Assembly: GCA_963790025.1 (NCBI GenBank) | Contig: CAWBMP010000004.1 | Span: forward strand, 864,001-928,000 | Source: Nitrospirota bacterium | GTDB taxonomy: Bacteria; Nitrospirota; Thermodesulfovibrionia; Thermodesulfovibrionales; Dissulfurispiraceae | Reading direction: 5' to 3' | DNA: 64,000 bases | Part shown: positions 30,527-41,489 of the stretch, one piece after another | Position numbering within the stretch: position 1 is the stretch's first letter | How the letters are laid out: the number at the start of each line of letters is the position of its first letter | Made by a program: the position numbers and the translations under genes | The notes under the pieces: model-generated | Seen by the model: only the letters and a program-made list of their open reading frames with translations | What the model was told of the DNA's origin: nothing | The model's database searches: none

Positions 30527-31522
30527 TTATAATAACTTAAATTTACTCCTCAAATATTCTATAACACCAGCAGCCGTACCCGCCCATACGGGCGCAGGAT
30601 AGAGCAGCAGATAATATAGAGCTGCAAGCAGAGAGAACTGAAAACCCCTTGTTTTATAAAATTCAGCGAAAAGCCCCCGGCTTACAAGAAAAGCGAATCC
30701 AACAAAAACTGCCAGAAGGATAAGCCAGATCGTGGAGCCGGTCAGGGCGGAAAGAAGTGAACATGCCAGGCATGCCAGATAGACGATACCATTGATCTTA
30801 AGCTCTTTTGAAGCGGTGCCTGAATCGGTAAGCATATCTCTGTTCATAATCGAGTAGATGATCCAGTATCGCGACTTCCTGTAAGCGTTCAGTATGGACC
30901 GCTTCAACGTGAAATTGAATATATGACGGACCGTGATCTCAGGGTCCATTATCAGCCGGCAGCCTCCCCTATACAGCCGGTGACTGAAATCCACATCTTC
31001 GAGAATGGGCAGGAAGTCTTCTCTGAAGCCGCCCGACTTTCTGAATGTTTCAGCCCAAATTACCATTGCATGCGTTGCTATATAATCCGGTCTGCAGGTG
31101 TTTTTCATTTCCGAATAATGGATGAAAATCGACTGGAAAGTGCTGAAGAAGTTGTTATCATAAGGTATTCGGGTATAAGTGCCGCCGATTACAGTGTCGG
31201 CGCCGGCTTCGGTAATCGCTCTGTTTGCTAAAGACAGGGCATCAATTGATAACAGGCAGTCGGCGTCGGTAAAAAAGAGCACCTCCCCCATGCTGTGCAT
31301 CACCCCCGCGTTCCTTGCTTTTGCAGCGCCTCCATGCGTTTCAAGTTTTACAAGCCTGCAAGGAAACCGTTTTATGATCGCCACTGAATTGTCGCTCGAA
31401 CAGTCATCGATAACAACAACCTCAAAGTTCCCATAATCGGACGCAAAAGCCGCTTCCAGGCATTTGCCGATTGTAGAGCTTCCGTTATGGTTGGGGATGA
31501 TTATAGAGATGAACTTTTCCAC
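30527..31522 (-). CDS. GT2-family glycosyltransferase with C-terminal TM helices
   Basis: SIIIP, DDCSSD, ARNAG, DAD and EDVDF. Confidence 0.88.
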   Translation of the reverse strand: MEKFISIIIPNHNGSSTIGKCLEAAFASDYGNFEVVVIDDCSSDNSVAIIKRFPCRLVKLETHGGAAKARNAGVMHSMGEVLFFTDADCLLSIDALSLANRAITEAGADTVIGGTYTRIPYDNNFFSTFQSIFIHYSEMKNTCRPDYIATHAMVIWAETFRKSGGFREDFLPILEDVDFSHRLYRGGCRLIMDPEITVRHIFNFTLKRSILNAYRKSRYWIIYSIMNRDMLTDSGTASKELKINGIVYLACLACSLLSALTGSTIWLILLAVFVGFAFLVSRGLFAEFYKTRGFQFSLLAALYYLLLYPAPVWAGTAAGVIEYLRSKFKLL

Positions 31523-31646
31523 AGGCTGATATGAAATTAACGTATCACATCGGGCAGTAACCGGTCAATATGGACGGTAGTGGGCCACTGCCATATGGAC
31601 GGCAACATTGACATGTCCCGCATACTATTGTTATAAATAATATCCT

Positions 31647-32570
31647 ATGATTCAGAAAACTGAAAAAATATGGATGGACGGCAAATTGGTGCCGTGGGAA
31701 CAGGCGAACGTGCATATTATGACGCACACACTGCATTACGGCCTCGGGGCCTTCGAGGGTATCAGGTGTTACAACACGCCCAAAGGACCTGCCATCTTCA
31801 AATTGGATGAGCACATAAAAAGACTCTTCCAATCTGCACATATATTCCTTCTGAACATACCGTTCACGGAACAGGAAATCAGGAAAGCGGTAATCGAGAC
31901 GGTCAGGGCAAACAAACTCAAGGAATGCTATATACGGCCCCTGGTGTATATCGGTTACGGGGCTATGGGACTCTACCCGAAAGACAACCCGATATCCGTG
32001 GCTATTGCTGCATGGCCCTGGGGGGCCTATCTGGGTGAGGATGGTCTGGAGAACGGCATTCGGGTCAAAGTCTCTTCTTTCATCAGAAATCATGTGAACT
32101 CAAATATGTCGCGCGGCAAGATCTGCGGCTATTATGTCAATTCACAAATTGCCAAAAAGGAGGCAATTTCCTGCGGATATGATGAAGCTCTGCTCCTCGA
32201 TACCGAAGGCTATGTCTCCGAAGGCAGCGGTGAAAATATCTTCATTGTAAGGAACAATACTCTCAAGACAACGCCTCTGACCTCAATTCTGGAAGGTATT
32301 ACGCGTGACAGCATTCTGACATTTGCCGAAGAGATCGGCATAGAAACTGCCGAAACCCGTTTTACCCGTGATGAGGTCTATATTTCGGACGAGGCATTCT
32401 TTACCGGGACAGCGGCAGAGATTACTCCCATCCGTGAACTCGACGGCAGAATCATCGGAAATGGAAAAGCGGGCAAAATAACGAAGAAATTGCAGTCGGT
32501 CTTTTTTGATATTGTTAAGGGCAAAAATAAGAAATACCAATCGTGGCTTACCTATATAAAAAGCCAATAG
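31647..32570 (+). CDS. ilvE: Branched-chain amino acid aminotransferase
   Basis: LHYG..FEG, YIRP, EGSGEN, ILEGITR and GTAAEITP. Confidence 0.96.
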   Translation: MIQKTEKIWMDGKLVPWEQANVHIMTHTLHYGLGAFEGIRCYNTPKGPAIFKLDEHIKRLFQSAHIFLLNIPFTEQEIRKAVIETVRANKLKECYIRPLVYIGYGAMGLYPKDNPISVAIAAWPWGAYLGEDGLENGIRVKVSSFIRNHVNSNMSRGKICGYYVNSQIAKKEAISCGYDEALLLDTEGYVSEGSGENIFIVRNNTLKTTPLTSILEGITRDSILTFAEEIGIETAETRFTRDEVYISDEAFFTGTAAEITPIRELDGRIIGNGKAGKITKKLQSVFFDIVKGKNKKYQSWLTYIKSQ

Positions 32571-32593
32571 CTAAGAGTTAAAAGTTAAAAGTT

Positions 32594-32629
32594 AAAAAAA
32601 AAGGGCGACCTGAACAGTCGCCCTTTTTT
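32594..32629. terminator. Bidirectional intrinsic terminator
   Basis: A-run, gggcgac-loop-gtcgccc, T-run, between convergent ilvE and the cytochrome gene. Confidence 0.8.
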
Positions 32630-32680
32630 CGGCTTAAACTTTAGCTCTTAGCTATTGTCTCTTGGCTCTTAGCTTTTTTA

Positions 32681-33016
32681 CTATTTCTTGTGGCACTTTG
32701 TGCAGTTAGCCTTATCATTGGCGTCGAAAGACTTTGTGCCGTTATGGCAAGCGCCGCAAAACTTGCCTCCCTTAATGTCAGCCATGGTAATTTTGGCCGA
32801 TCCTTCCTTGCCCGGGCCCTTCATAGGGAAGAGCTTCGGGTTCACATGGCAGTCAGCGCATTTCAAGCCTTTATCGGCGTGAACTTTGCCTTGAAAAACA
32901 ACCTTTCCGGCATCACCACCCGCAAACTCAACAGTTTTTCCGGAAGGGACCGCCATTGCGCTGCCGACAAAAACAATGGCAACGATTACTACTAATAATG
33001 CTGAAAGATATCTCAT
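32681..33016 (-). CDS. Periplasmic triheme c7-type cytochrome
   Basis: Signal peptide; CADCH, CGACH and CTKCH; candidate His and Met distal ligands. Confidence 0.9.
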   Translation of the reverse strand: MRYLSALLVVIVAIVFVGSAMAVPSGKTVEFAGGDAGKVVFQGKVHADKGLKCADCHVNPKLFPMKGPGKEGSAKITMADIKGGKFCGACHNGTKSFDANDKANCTKCHKK

Positions 33017-33160
33017 TTCTTCACCCCCTTTCCTCCATTGTAAGCATTTAGTGTACCAAAATCAATGATTTTGATTATACAACAAAAAAAACTTTTCAAA
33101 AAGCATTTCCTTTCCCATTAGGGGAAAGGTCTTTGTTTTTGGGGAACTATAGCCTGGCTG

Positions 33161-33511
33161 CTATTTTTTATGGCACCTCGAACAATTTGCCTTGTCGTTC
33201 GCAGAAAAGGCAGCTTTCCCGTCATGACAGGCGCCACAAAGCTTCCCCTCGGACATCTCTTTCATGGACATCCGGCTGGGCGGACTCCCTGACTTCATGT
33301 TTGCAAACACCCGCGTATGACAGTCATGGCATCTAAATCCCTTTTTTTTATGCAAAGTTCCATCAAACACAACTCTGCCTTCCCCGCCGCCTTCCCATAC
33401 AACGGTCCTACCCGGGGCTATAGCAAAAGCGTTATTACAAAAAAATCCCGTCAGTGCAGTCAAAGCCATCACTGAAAATAGTGCATACCACCATCCTCTC
33501 CAGACTGTCAT
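33161..33511 (-). CDS. Periplasmic triheme c7-type cytochrome (tandem paralog)
   Basis: Signal peptide; CHDCH, CGACH and CSRCH. Confidence 0.88.
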   Translation of the reverse strand: MTVWRGWWYALFSVMALTALTGFFCNNAFAIAPGRTVVWEGGGEGRVVFDGTLHKKKGFRCHDCHTRVFANMKSGSPPSRMSMKEMSEGKLCGACHDGKAAFSANDKANCSRCHKK

Positions 33512-34971
33512 GACAATTTCCTCTTCAGCAGGTCGCTCAGCAGTTGAGGATTTGCCTTGCCTTTGGTAGCTTTCATTACCTGGCCCACAAAAAAACCTAT
33601 AAGCTTTTCATCTCCGGACCTGAAACGCTCCAGCTCTTTTGTATGCTTAGACAGGACTTCATCTACTGCTTTCTCTATTGCGCCCTCGTCGCTTATCTGC
33701 ACCAGTCCTTTTTCCCTTACCACCGTATCTGCATCTTTGCCGCTCCTGAACATCTCTTCAAAAACCGTTTTTGCTATTTTCCCGCTTATTGTTCCGTTGT
33801 CGATAAGGCGGAGCATGCCTGCAAGCTGCGCGGGCTGCAATGGACACTCTTGAATTGACCTGCCGTCCTCGTTAAGCAGTCTCATCATGTCACCCATCAT
33901 CCAGTTAGACACCGCTTTGGGCTGTCCCCCCTCCCTGACTGCACTCTCGTACCAATCAGCGATTACTATTTCCGAAGTAAGCAGGTCTGCATCGTATCCA
34001 GGGAGATCGTATCGTGCCGCAAACCGTTCGCGCTTGGCATCGGGCAATTCCGGAAGACAGGCTTTTATCTCATCGATTGTTTCCGCTCCTATTGCCATAG
34101 GAACAAGATCCGGTTCCGGAAAGTAACGGTAGTCGTGAGCTTCTTCTTTTGACCTCATGGACAGAGTTATCCCGGCCCCTGCATCCCAAAGCCTTGTTTC
34201 CTGAATGACATTGCCGCCATCCTCAAGTATCTTTATCTGACGCTTTATCTCATATTCCAGCGCCCGCTCGACAAACCTGAAAGAATTCATGTTTTTAAGT
34301 TCAGCCTTGACCCCCAATGTCTGCTGCCCCGCGGGGCGAACAGACACATTGGCGTCGCATCTGAGGGAACCCTGCTCCATGTTACCGTCACATACCCCGA
34401 GATACCTGAGAATGCTTCTGATTTTCTTCATATACTCTGCAGCTTCTTTCGGACTTCTGATATCGGGCTCAGAAACGATTTCCATAAGTGGTACGCCTGC
34501 TCGGTTCAAATCAACAAAACTGTGACTTCCTTTTCCCTCATGGATATTTTTGCCCGCGTCATCTTCCATATGTATTCTGGTGATGCCGATTCTCCTCACC
34601 TCACCATCCACCAGGATTTCGATAAAGCCCCCTATACACAGCGGGAGTTCGTACTGACTTATCTGGTAACCTTTCGGAAGGTCGGGATAGAAGTAATTTT
34701 TCCTGGCAAACCTGCTGTAAGAGGCGATGCTGCAATGCATGGCAAGCCCGGTTTTAATTGCAAGATTAACCGCTTTTCGGTTAAGCACCGGAAGAACGCC
34801 AGGCATGCCGATGCAAACAGGGCATGTCTGCGTATTGGGTCCAGAGCCGAATTTGGTGGAACAGCCGCAAAACAGCTTTGAATCAGTCAGCATCTGGGCA
34901 TGAACTTCAAGCCCTATGACCGCCTCAAAGCGTTCAGCGTTCAGCGCACCGCGTTCAGCTTCCGACTTCAT
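33508..34971 (-). CDS. gatB: Asp/Glu-tRNA amidotransferase subunit B
   Basis: [30 protein letters not shown] and [13 protein letters not shown] overlaps the gatA stop (ATGA). Confidence 0.97.
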   Translation of the reverse strand: MKSEAERGALNAERFEAVIGLEVHAQMLTDSKLFCGCSTKFGSGPNTQTCPVCIGMPGVLPVLNRKAVNLAIKTGLAMHCSIASYSRFARKNYFYPDLPKGYQISQYELPLCIGGFIEILVDGEVRRIGITRIHMEDDAGKNIHEGKGSHSFVDLNRAGVPLMEIVSEPDIRSPKEAAEYMKKIRSILRYLGVCDGNMEQGSLRCDANVSVRPAGQQTLGVKAELKNMNSFRFVERALEYEIKRQIKILEDGGNVIQETRLWDAGAGITLSMRSKEEAHDYRYFPEPDLVPMAIGAETIDEIKACLPELPDAKRERFAARYDLPGYDADLLTSEIVIADWYESAVREGGQPKAVSNWMMGDMMRLLNEDGRSIQECPLQPAQLAGMLRLIDNGTISGKIAKTVFEEMFRSGKDADTVVREKGLVQISDEGAIEKAVDEVLSKHTKELERFRSGDEKLIGFFVGQVMKATKGKANPQLLSDLLKRKLS

Positions 34972-36422
34972 AACTGCGGTCTCCTGAGGTGCCAATCAGT
35001 ACTCTGCTCATATGCATAAGCAACCTTAAAAATGGCCTCTTCGTCAAAATGCCGTCCGATAATCTGGAGGCCGACCGGCAAGTTGGCATTTGTAAAACCG
35101 CAGGGTATGGACATTGCCGGAACACCCGCAAGATTTATTGAAATGGTGAAAATATCAGAGAGATACATCTGGAGAGGATCGGTTGCTTTCTCCCCGATTC
35201 TGAATGCGGCACTCGGCGAGGTGGGGGTAACAATTACATCCGCCTGCGTAAAGGCATTGTCGAAATCCTGCTTTATCAGTGTTCTTACTTGTTGGGCTTT
35301 CTTGTAATATGCATCGTAATAGCCGGCCGACAAGGCATAGGTGCCGAGCATTATCCGCCTTTTGACCTCAGAACCGAACCCCTCTGCACGCGTGTTCATG
35401 TACATATCGAGAAGATCTTTTCCTTCGGACCTATGGCCGTATTTGACACCGTCATACCGCGCGAGATTTGATGATGCCTCGGAGGTGGCAAGAATATAAT
35501 ACGAGGCAATTGCATAGCCGGTATGTGGAAGAGAGACTTCCACGATAACTGCTCCGAGCGATTCAAGCTTTTTTATAGCCGCACGTACCGCATTCTCTAC
35601 ATCTCTGTCCATTCCCTCGACAAAGTATTCCTTCGGGATGCCTATCTTTAGCCCATTGATGTCCCGGCCGAGCACCAGAGCAAAATCTGGTACGTCAACC
35701 GGCGCCGAAGTTGAATCGCGCGGATCATGGCCACCGATAACGTTCATCATAATAGCAGCATCAGTAACATTCTTGGTAATGGGTCCTATCTGATCGAGGG
35801 ACGATGCGAAGGCAACGAGTCCGTACCTCGACACACGGCCGTAAGTCGGTTTGAGACCGACTATCCCGCAGAGCGCTGCGGGCTGCCTTATCGAGCCCCC
35901 GGTGTCCGAACCAAGTGCAGCTATGCACTCGTCTGCGGCAACTGCGGCAGCGGAACCGCCGCTGCTGCCTCCTGGCACGCACTGCAGATTCCAGGGGTTT
36001 CTTGTAGTGTGAAATCGTGAATTTTCTGTAGAGGACCCCATAGCAAACTCATCAAGGTTCGTCTTACCAATCATAATATAGTTCTGCCCTGCCAGCCGTC
36101 CCGTAACAGTGCTCTCATAAGGTGGAATAAAATTATGAAGCATTTTGGAAGCGCAGGTGGTCAGTATTCCCTTAGTGCACATATTGTCTTTGACCGCAAC
36201 CGGAACGCCTGTGAGGAGGAACGCCTTACCGGACACAATGGCCTCTGCGGCGGCATCAGCCATCCTGTATGCATCATCCTGAGTGAGCGTTATGAACGCC
36301 CTGACACTGTCTTCAACCCTTTTGATGCATCCATAGGTATCATCAAGAATTTCCCTGGGCGTAATCTCCCGGTTGTCAAGCAACCTTCTCACGTCTGAAA
36401 TGGTGAGTTCGTTAAGCTTCAA
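34968..36422 (-). CDS. gatA: Asp/Glu-tRNA amidotransferase subunit A
   Basis: Amidase signature GGSSGGS...[12 protein letters not shown], and [10 protein letters not shown] start after GGAGG. No gatC adjacent. Confidence 0.97.
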   Translation of the reverse strand: MKLNELTISDVRRLLDNREITPREILDDTYGCIKRVEDSVRAFITLTQDDAYRMADAAAEAIVSGKAFLLTGVPVAVKDNMCTKGILTTCASKMLHNFIPPYESTVTGRLAGQNYIMIGKTNLDEFAMGSSTENSRFHTTRNPWNLQCVPGGSSGGSAAAVAADECIAALGSDTGGSIRQPAALCGIVGLKPTYGRVSRYGLVAFASSLDQIGPITKNVTDAAIMMNVIGGHDPRDSTSAPVDVPDFALVLGRDINGLKIGIPKEYFVEGMDRDVENAVRAAIKKLESLGAVIVEVSLPHTGYAIASYYILATSEASSNLARYDGVKYGHRSEGKDLLDMYMNTRAEGFGSEVKRRIMLGTYALSAGYYDAYYKKAQQVRTLIKQDFDNAFTQADVIVTPTSPSAAFRIGEKATDPLQMYLSDIFTISINLAGVPAMSIPCGFTNANLPVGLQIIGRHFDEEAIFKVAYAYEQSTDWHLRRPQL

Positions 36423-36570
36423 AACAACGCCTCCCGAATATAACTCCAAGATAGTGTCAAAGCATCAAAGTGTCTTAGAATTCAAGGCTTTGATACTTTG
36501 ATGCCTCTATACTCTTAAATAAACAAACCAAAAGCTAATATTATCATTCTGATATAATATTTGCAAGGCT

Positions 36571-37500
36571 ATGAAAGAGATTATAAGGGTTTCCCAGTCC
36601 GGCCATTCACAAAGGCTCGATGTCTTTGCTGCTGATAACACCGGGACTACACGCTCCCAAATCCAGATATTGATTAAAGAAGGCAATGTCCTTGTTAATA
36701 ATATGAGAGCAAGTCCGGGTTACCGGTTACAACCGCGCGATATCATCGAAATAGTGCGCCCTGAACCGGCAACTGACGAACTCATACCCGAAGATATACC
36801 GATTAATATTCTCTATAGTGACGAGCACATTGCGGTAGTAGACAAGCAGCCAGGGATGGTCGTGTACCCATCAGCCGGCCACAAACAGGGCACGCTGCTT
36901 AATGCGCTGGCATACCACTTCAAAAAAATTGCTAGTATCGGAGGGCCTTTGCGCCCCGGCGTAGTCCACCGCCTAGATAAAGATACATCGGGCGTTATGG
37001 TCATAGCACTCGACGATCCGGCCTATTACGGCCTGGCCGACCAATTTAAAAACAGGACGATACAGCGGCGCTACCGTGCGATCATATACAACAACATAGT
37101 GAAAGACTCTGGAGAAATTGTTATGGAAATAGGACGCTGCACTTCTGACAGAAAGAAGATGTCTACGCGGACAAAGCATGGTAAAGAGGCAGTCACCCGA
37201 TGGAAGGTAATCAGCAGGTTCGGCGTAGCCACGTTAATCGAGGCAAAACTCGGCACTGGGAGGACCCACCAGATAAGGGTGCATTTTGCAGCAATAGGAC
37301 ATCCGGTGCTGGGCGATTCAACATACGGCAAAAAAACCTCAGTCGACGTAAAACATGGCCGGATTACTTTTCCACGTCAGATGCTCCATGCCGAACTGCT
37401 CGGTTTCACCCACCCCGTCACAGGACACTATATCGAATTTTCAAGCCCGCTGCCGGATGACATGCAGGACTGCATCGCAAAGCTTTCCGTTGCTTTCTGA
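36571..37500 (+). CDS. rluD: RluA/RluD-family pseudouridine synthase with S4 domain
   Basis: S4-like N-terminus; VHRLDKDTSG, TGRTHQIRVH and LHA. Confidence 0.88.
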   Translation: MKEIIRVSQSGHSQRLDVFAADNTGTTRSQIQILIKEGNVLVNNMRASPGYRLQPRDIIEIVRPEPATDELIPEDIPINILYSDEHIAVVDKQPGMVVYPSAGHKQGTLLNALAYHFKKIASIGGPLRPGVVHRLDKDTSGVMVIALDDPAYYGLADQFKNRTIQRRYRAIIYNNIVKDSGEIVMEIGRCTSDRKKMSTRTKHGKEAVTRWKVISRFGVATLIEAKLGTGRTHQIRVHFAAIGHPVLGDSTYGKKTSVDVKHGRITFPRQMLHAELLGFTHPVTGHYIEFSSPLPDDMQDCIAKLSVAF

Positions 37501-37680
37501 ATTAAAAGCGAGTTAAAAGATCCGTCAACTAATTATATCCGCCATGCCTGTTGCAATTAAGGGGATAAAGTTATAAAATTCATCACATGATCTTTCATCA
37601 TAAGCCGTAGCAACGAAGGATTTTTTGTTGACTGCTAAATAAGATTTTAAAAAAATTGTTACTGAGGACGGAGGTATGCC

Positions 37681-38490
37681 ATGGCTATAATTACCATTTC
37701 AAGAGGTTCGTACACCAGAGGGAAAGAAATAGCTGAAAAAGTCGCCAAGAGACTGGGTTATGAGTGTATTGCCAGGGAAGCTGTGATTGAAGCTTCCAAG
37801 GAATTTAATATACCCGAGGTCAAGCTGGTGAGGGCGCTTCACGATGCGCCATCTGTTTTGGACAGATTTTCTTATGGAAAAGAAAAATTCATAGCGTTCT
37901 ACCAGCTTGGGTTCCTGAAACATCTTCATAAAAACAACGTGGTTTACCATGGACTCGCAGGGCATTTCCTGCTCAAAGGGGTCTCTCATGTGCTCAAGAT
38001 CCGTATCATTGCCGATATGGAAGAGCGCGCTAAATTTGAGATGGAACGTGAAAAAATATCTGAGAAAGAAGCATACAGGCTTCTGAAGAACGATGATGAG
38101 GAAAGAAGAAAATGGAGCCAATATGTTCATGGAGTCGATACTAACGACCCTTCACTCTACGACCTTTTAATCAAGATTAGAAAAATAACTGTTGATGATG
38201 CCGTTGACATTATATGTCATACAGTCGGTCTTGAAGATTTCAAGACCACGAGACAGTCTCAGGCGGCATTTGACAATTTGCTCCTTGCTGCCAATGTTAA
38301 GGTTGCCATAATCGAGCAGGCCCCCGATGCTGAAGTTTTTGCCAAGGACGGTATTGTTCGTATCAAGACAAGCGCTACCGAGTATCGTGAAGATGCAGTT
38401 GTCGAAGCCCTAAAGCTGGCTGCCAAGAGTGTAGCCGGCGTTAGGGAAGTCGAAATATACGTCGTACCTGTATTGCCCTTTGGCGTTTGA
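37681..38490 (+). CDS. Cytidylate kinase-like family protein with C-terminal BON-like segment
   Basis: IITISRG..G.EIA..VAKRLGY, DD.ER and YDL.I. Confidence 0.8.
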   Translation: MAIITISRGSYTRGKEIAEKVAKRLGYECIAREAVIEASKEFNIPEVKLVRALHDAPSVLDRFSYGKEKFIAFYQLGFLKHLHKNNVVYHGLAGHFLLKGVSHVLKIRIIADMEERAKFEMEREKISEKEAYRLLKNDDEERRKWSQYVHGVDTNDPSLYDLLIKIRKITVDDAVDIICHTVGLEDFKTTRQSQAAFDNLLLAANVKVAIIEQAPDAEVFAKDGIVRIKTSATEYREDAVVEALKLAAKSVAGVREVEIYVVPVLPFGV

Positions 38491-38578
38491 CAGTTGTGCA
38501 GATCCTAAGCTTGGGCAATAATAGAGCGATATGTTAGAATATTTAGTAATACCTGCTAACTCATTGATTTTATTGCCT

Positions 38579-38652
38579 GCGCCCATAGCTCAGTTGGATA
38601 GAGCGACGGACTACGAATCCGCAGGTCGGGGGTTCGAATCCTCCTGGGCGCG
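38579..38652 (+). tRNA. tRNA-Arg(ACG), CCA not encoded
   Basis: GCGCCCA/TGGGCGC acceptor stem, CT-ACG-AA loop and GGTTCGAATCC T-arm. Confidence 0.96.
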
Positions 38653-38745
38653 TTTCTCACAGGCGCATTGATGTTATCTCACTCTTTTGTATCCATGATG
38701 CGAACGGCAACGATGGCATTTTTAACATAAGGAGCATCACCGGGC

Positions 38746-40077
38746 ATGTCCAGCGGGATACCGTTAAAGAAACTTACCGCTATCAAGATAGCCACTACCT
38801 ATGCGCTGATTGCCGGGCTATGGATACTGTTTTCCGATCGCTTAATAGCGGAACTCTACAGCAATATTGGTACACCTACCAAAGTAAGTATCTTTAAAGG
38901 CTGGTTCTTTATAGGTGTTACCTCCTGGTTGCTATATTTCTTAATACAGCGCAACATTGGGTTAATTCAAGGCTCCGAGAAAGCCCTTAAAGAGTCGATT
39001 GCCAGATTAGAAGATGAAAAAGCCAAGTCGGAGGCTATACTGGCAGCTATTGGAGACGGCATTTGCATTTTTGACACTGATTTTAAAATACTCTATCAGA
39101 ACCAGGCCCACCAGAATTTCCTCGGCAGTCATGCGGGTAAATATTGTTATAAGGCATATGCAGGGAATGACACCATCTGCGAAGGTTGCACGGTAAATAT
39201 GACTTCTCGAGACTGGGGGACCGGCGTAGTCGAACATTCCGTTCCGGCGGGTGATGGAATTAAGGATTTTGAAAGCGCTGTCTTCCCGCTCAAAGACTCC
39301 GCAGGCAAGATAGCTGCGGGGGTTGAGGTGGTCAGGGAAATAACCGCCCGCAAAAAAGCTGAGGGCGATTTACTCAGGACAAAAAAACTGGAATCAATAG
39401 GGGTCCTTGCCCGCGGCTTCTCTCATGATTTCAATAATCTGCTGACCGGCATTCTCGGCAATATTTCACTCGCAAAAACGTCCGTGTCACCCGAAGACAA
39501 CTTGTTCGGTTTTCTCACAAAGGCGGAAAATGCCTGTCTCCGTGCAGAGCATTTGACCAATCAATTGCACGCGATCGCAAAAAGCAGTGAGTCCAAAAAA
39601 AAGTCCCTCTCCATCAGCGGTCTCATAAAAGAGTCTTCAGCATTTGCGCTTAACGGCTCCGCAATCAAATGTACTTATCAGCTTCCCGATCATCTTTGGC
39701 CTGTCATGGTAGACGAAGGTCAGATTAGCCAGGCTATCTATAACATAGTAGCCAATGCCTGTGATGTTATGCACGGTAACGGGCACATTAAAATCGGTGC
39801 TGAGAATGTCGTTATCGGGTCCCATAACAGCTCCATGTTAAAGCGGGGCAACTACATCAGAATATCGATAGAGGACGAAGGCGCCGGCATCGAGAAAGAG
39901 CTGCTCCACAAAATATTCGATCCCTATTTTACTACTAAAGAGTTAAGCAGTGATACGGGGACGGGGCTAAGTCTGGCCGCGAGCTATTTCGCAGTTAAAA
40001 ATCACCAGGGCTATATTTTTGCCGAGTCAACAGTCGGGGAAGGTACCAACTTTTGCGTTTACCTGCCCTCCGCTTAA
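38746..40077 (+). CDS. Membrane PAS-domain sensor histidine kinase
   Basis: Two TMs, PAS-like domain, SHDFNNLL, NA.D, D.G.G and YFTTK...GTGL. Confidence 0.9.
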   Translation: MSSGIPLKKLTAIKIATTYALIAGLWILFSDRLIAELYSNIGTPTKVSIFKGWFFIGVTSWLLYFLIQRNIGLIQGSEKALKESIARLEDEKAKSEAILAAIGDGICIFDTDFKILYQNQAHQNFLGSHAGKYCYKAYAGNDTICEGCTVNMTSRDWGTGVVEHSVPAGDGIKDFESAVFPLKDSAGKIAAGVEVVREITARKKAEGDLLRTKKLESIGVLARGFSHDFNNLLTGILGNISLAKTSVSPEDNLFGFLTKAENACLRAEHLTNQLHAIAKSSESKKKSLSISGLIKESSAFALNGSAIKCTYQLPDHLWPVMVDEGQISQAIYNIVANACDVMHGNGHIKIGAENVVIGSHNSSMLKRGNYIRISIEDEGAGIEKELLHKIFDPYFTTKELSSDTGTGLSLAASYFAVKNHQGYIFAESTVGEGTNFCVYLPSA

Positions 40078-40101
40078 ACTAAAGCAATTCCGGGAGATCT
40101 T

Positions 40102-41469
40102 TTGTTTTCAGATGAGGGACGCATTAATCTGACCGCAGGAAATTTGTGGCTATCAATATGGCAGCTTTCATGGCCCATGATGCTCATCATGATCTTGAAC
40201 TTTTTAGTGGGGCTGACTGATGTTTACGTAGCTGGATTCATCAGTCCCGAGGTGCAGGCGGTTGTAGGCTTCGTCGGCCAGATATTTTTTCTCAACATTA
40301 TCATCGCAAATGCAATCAGTGTCGGCACTATTGCACTGCTTTCGCGCTCCATAGGAGCCGGCGATTTTGGAAGTGCGGTAAAAATTGCGAGGCAGTCGCT
40401 CATATTCGGTATTCTGGCTGCCGTAGTGCTGACTACGGCAGGTCTGGTTTTTTTCCGGGAAATAGCCTTTATTGCCGGATTTCCGGGAAATATTCAAGAA
40501 ATTGCCGGACGCTTCATCAGAATTTTTGCCCTGTCGCTAGGGCCGAATTATATCCTGATTATTTCTAACGCCGTATTTCGGGCAAGCGGTGAGGTCAAAA
40601 AAATCATGTTTACCATGTTCGTGGTAAGCGCCGTGAATATTGCGGGCAATTTCGTGTTTGTCTTCGGCATTCCGCCTTTTCCAAGGCTGGGGTATATTGG
40701 TATCGCTATCTCTACAGCGCTCGCTGTAACAGCGGGGATGACTATAAACTTCACTCTATTTGCCTTCAGCAGATGGCGTGCCATCTACCGGGCGCCGATG
40801 GCCCTCTCGGTCGACACTATCAGAAAGGTCATGAGTCTGAGCTGGCCGGCCGCTTTACTTCAGATCGCCTGGAATGCCGGTAGCATTGCTCTTTTCAACA
40901 TACTGGGAAGACTCGGCAGCGCAAGCATCACCGCGCTCGCTTCGCTAACGAACGGTCTCAGAATAGAAGCTATTATCTATCTCCCGGCATTTGCCCTGAA
41001 TATGGCTGCGGCAGTGATCATAGGGCAAAGCCTGGGGGCAAAAGACTTTGCCAGGGCGGAAGAGGCCGGATGGAAGATGGTTTCAGCCGGCATAGCTCTC
41101 GTCAGTGCAATGGCATTCATTATTTTCGTCCGGGCAGAAAACTTTGCGTCAATAATTACCAGCGACCCCTCCGTGCTAAAAGAAACCGCCCGATACCTGA
41201 GATTTAACATGGTATCCGAGCCCTTCATGGCATTAAGCGTAATACTGGGAGGAGGACTTCAGGGAGCAGGGGACACCAGGGGGACTATGAGAATAATTGT
41301 CTTAGCCATGTGGGTCATCAGGATTCCCCTGGCCGGTCTGCTTGCTCTTGTTTTCGGCTACGGGGCTTTGGGGGTCTGGACAGCAATGGTCACTTCCATG
41401 ATCATTCAAGGTATACTTATGGCATATAGATTTCATAACGGACTATGGAAAAAACTAACTCTTGAATAA
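40102..41469 (+). CDS. MATE-family efflux transporter
   Basis: About 12 TMs; FRASGE and LQGAGDT repeats. Confidence 0.9.
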   Translation: MFSDEGRINLTAGNLWLSIWQLSWPMMLIMILNFLVGLTDVYVAGFISPEVQAVVGFVGQIFFLNIIIANAISVGTIALLSRSIGAGDFGSAVKIARQSLIFGILAAVVLTTAGLVFFREIAFIAGFPGNIQEIAGRFIRIFALSLGPNYILIISNAVFRASGEVKKIMFTMFVVSAVNIAGNFVFVFGIPPFPRLGYIGIAISTALAVTAGMTINFTLFAFSRWRAIYRAPMALSVDTIRKVMSLSWPAALLQIAWNAGSIALFNILGRLGSASITALASLTNGLRIEAIIYLPAFALNMAAAVIIGQSLGAKDFARAEEAGWKMVSAGIALVSAMAFIIFVRAENFASIITSDPSVLKETARYLRFNMVSEPFMALSVILGGGLQGAGDTRGTMRIIVLAMWVIRIPLAGLLALVFGYGALGVWTAMVTSMIIQGILMAYRFHNGLWKKLTLE

Positions 41470-41489
41470 GCCTTTATAAAGGAGATAGC

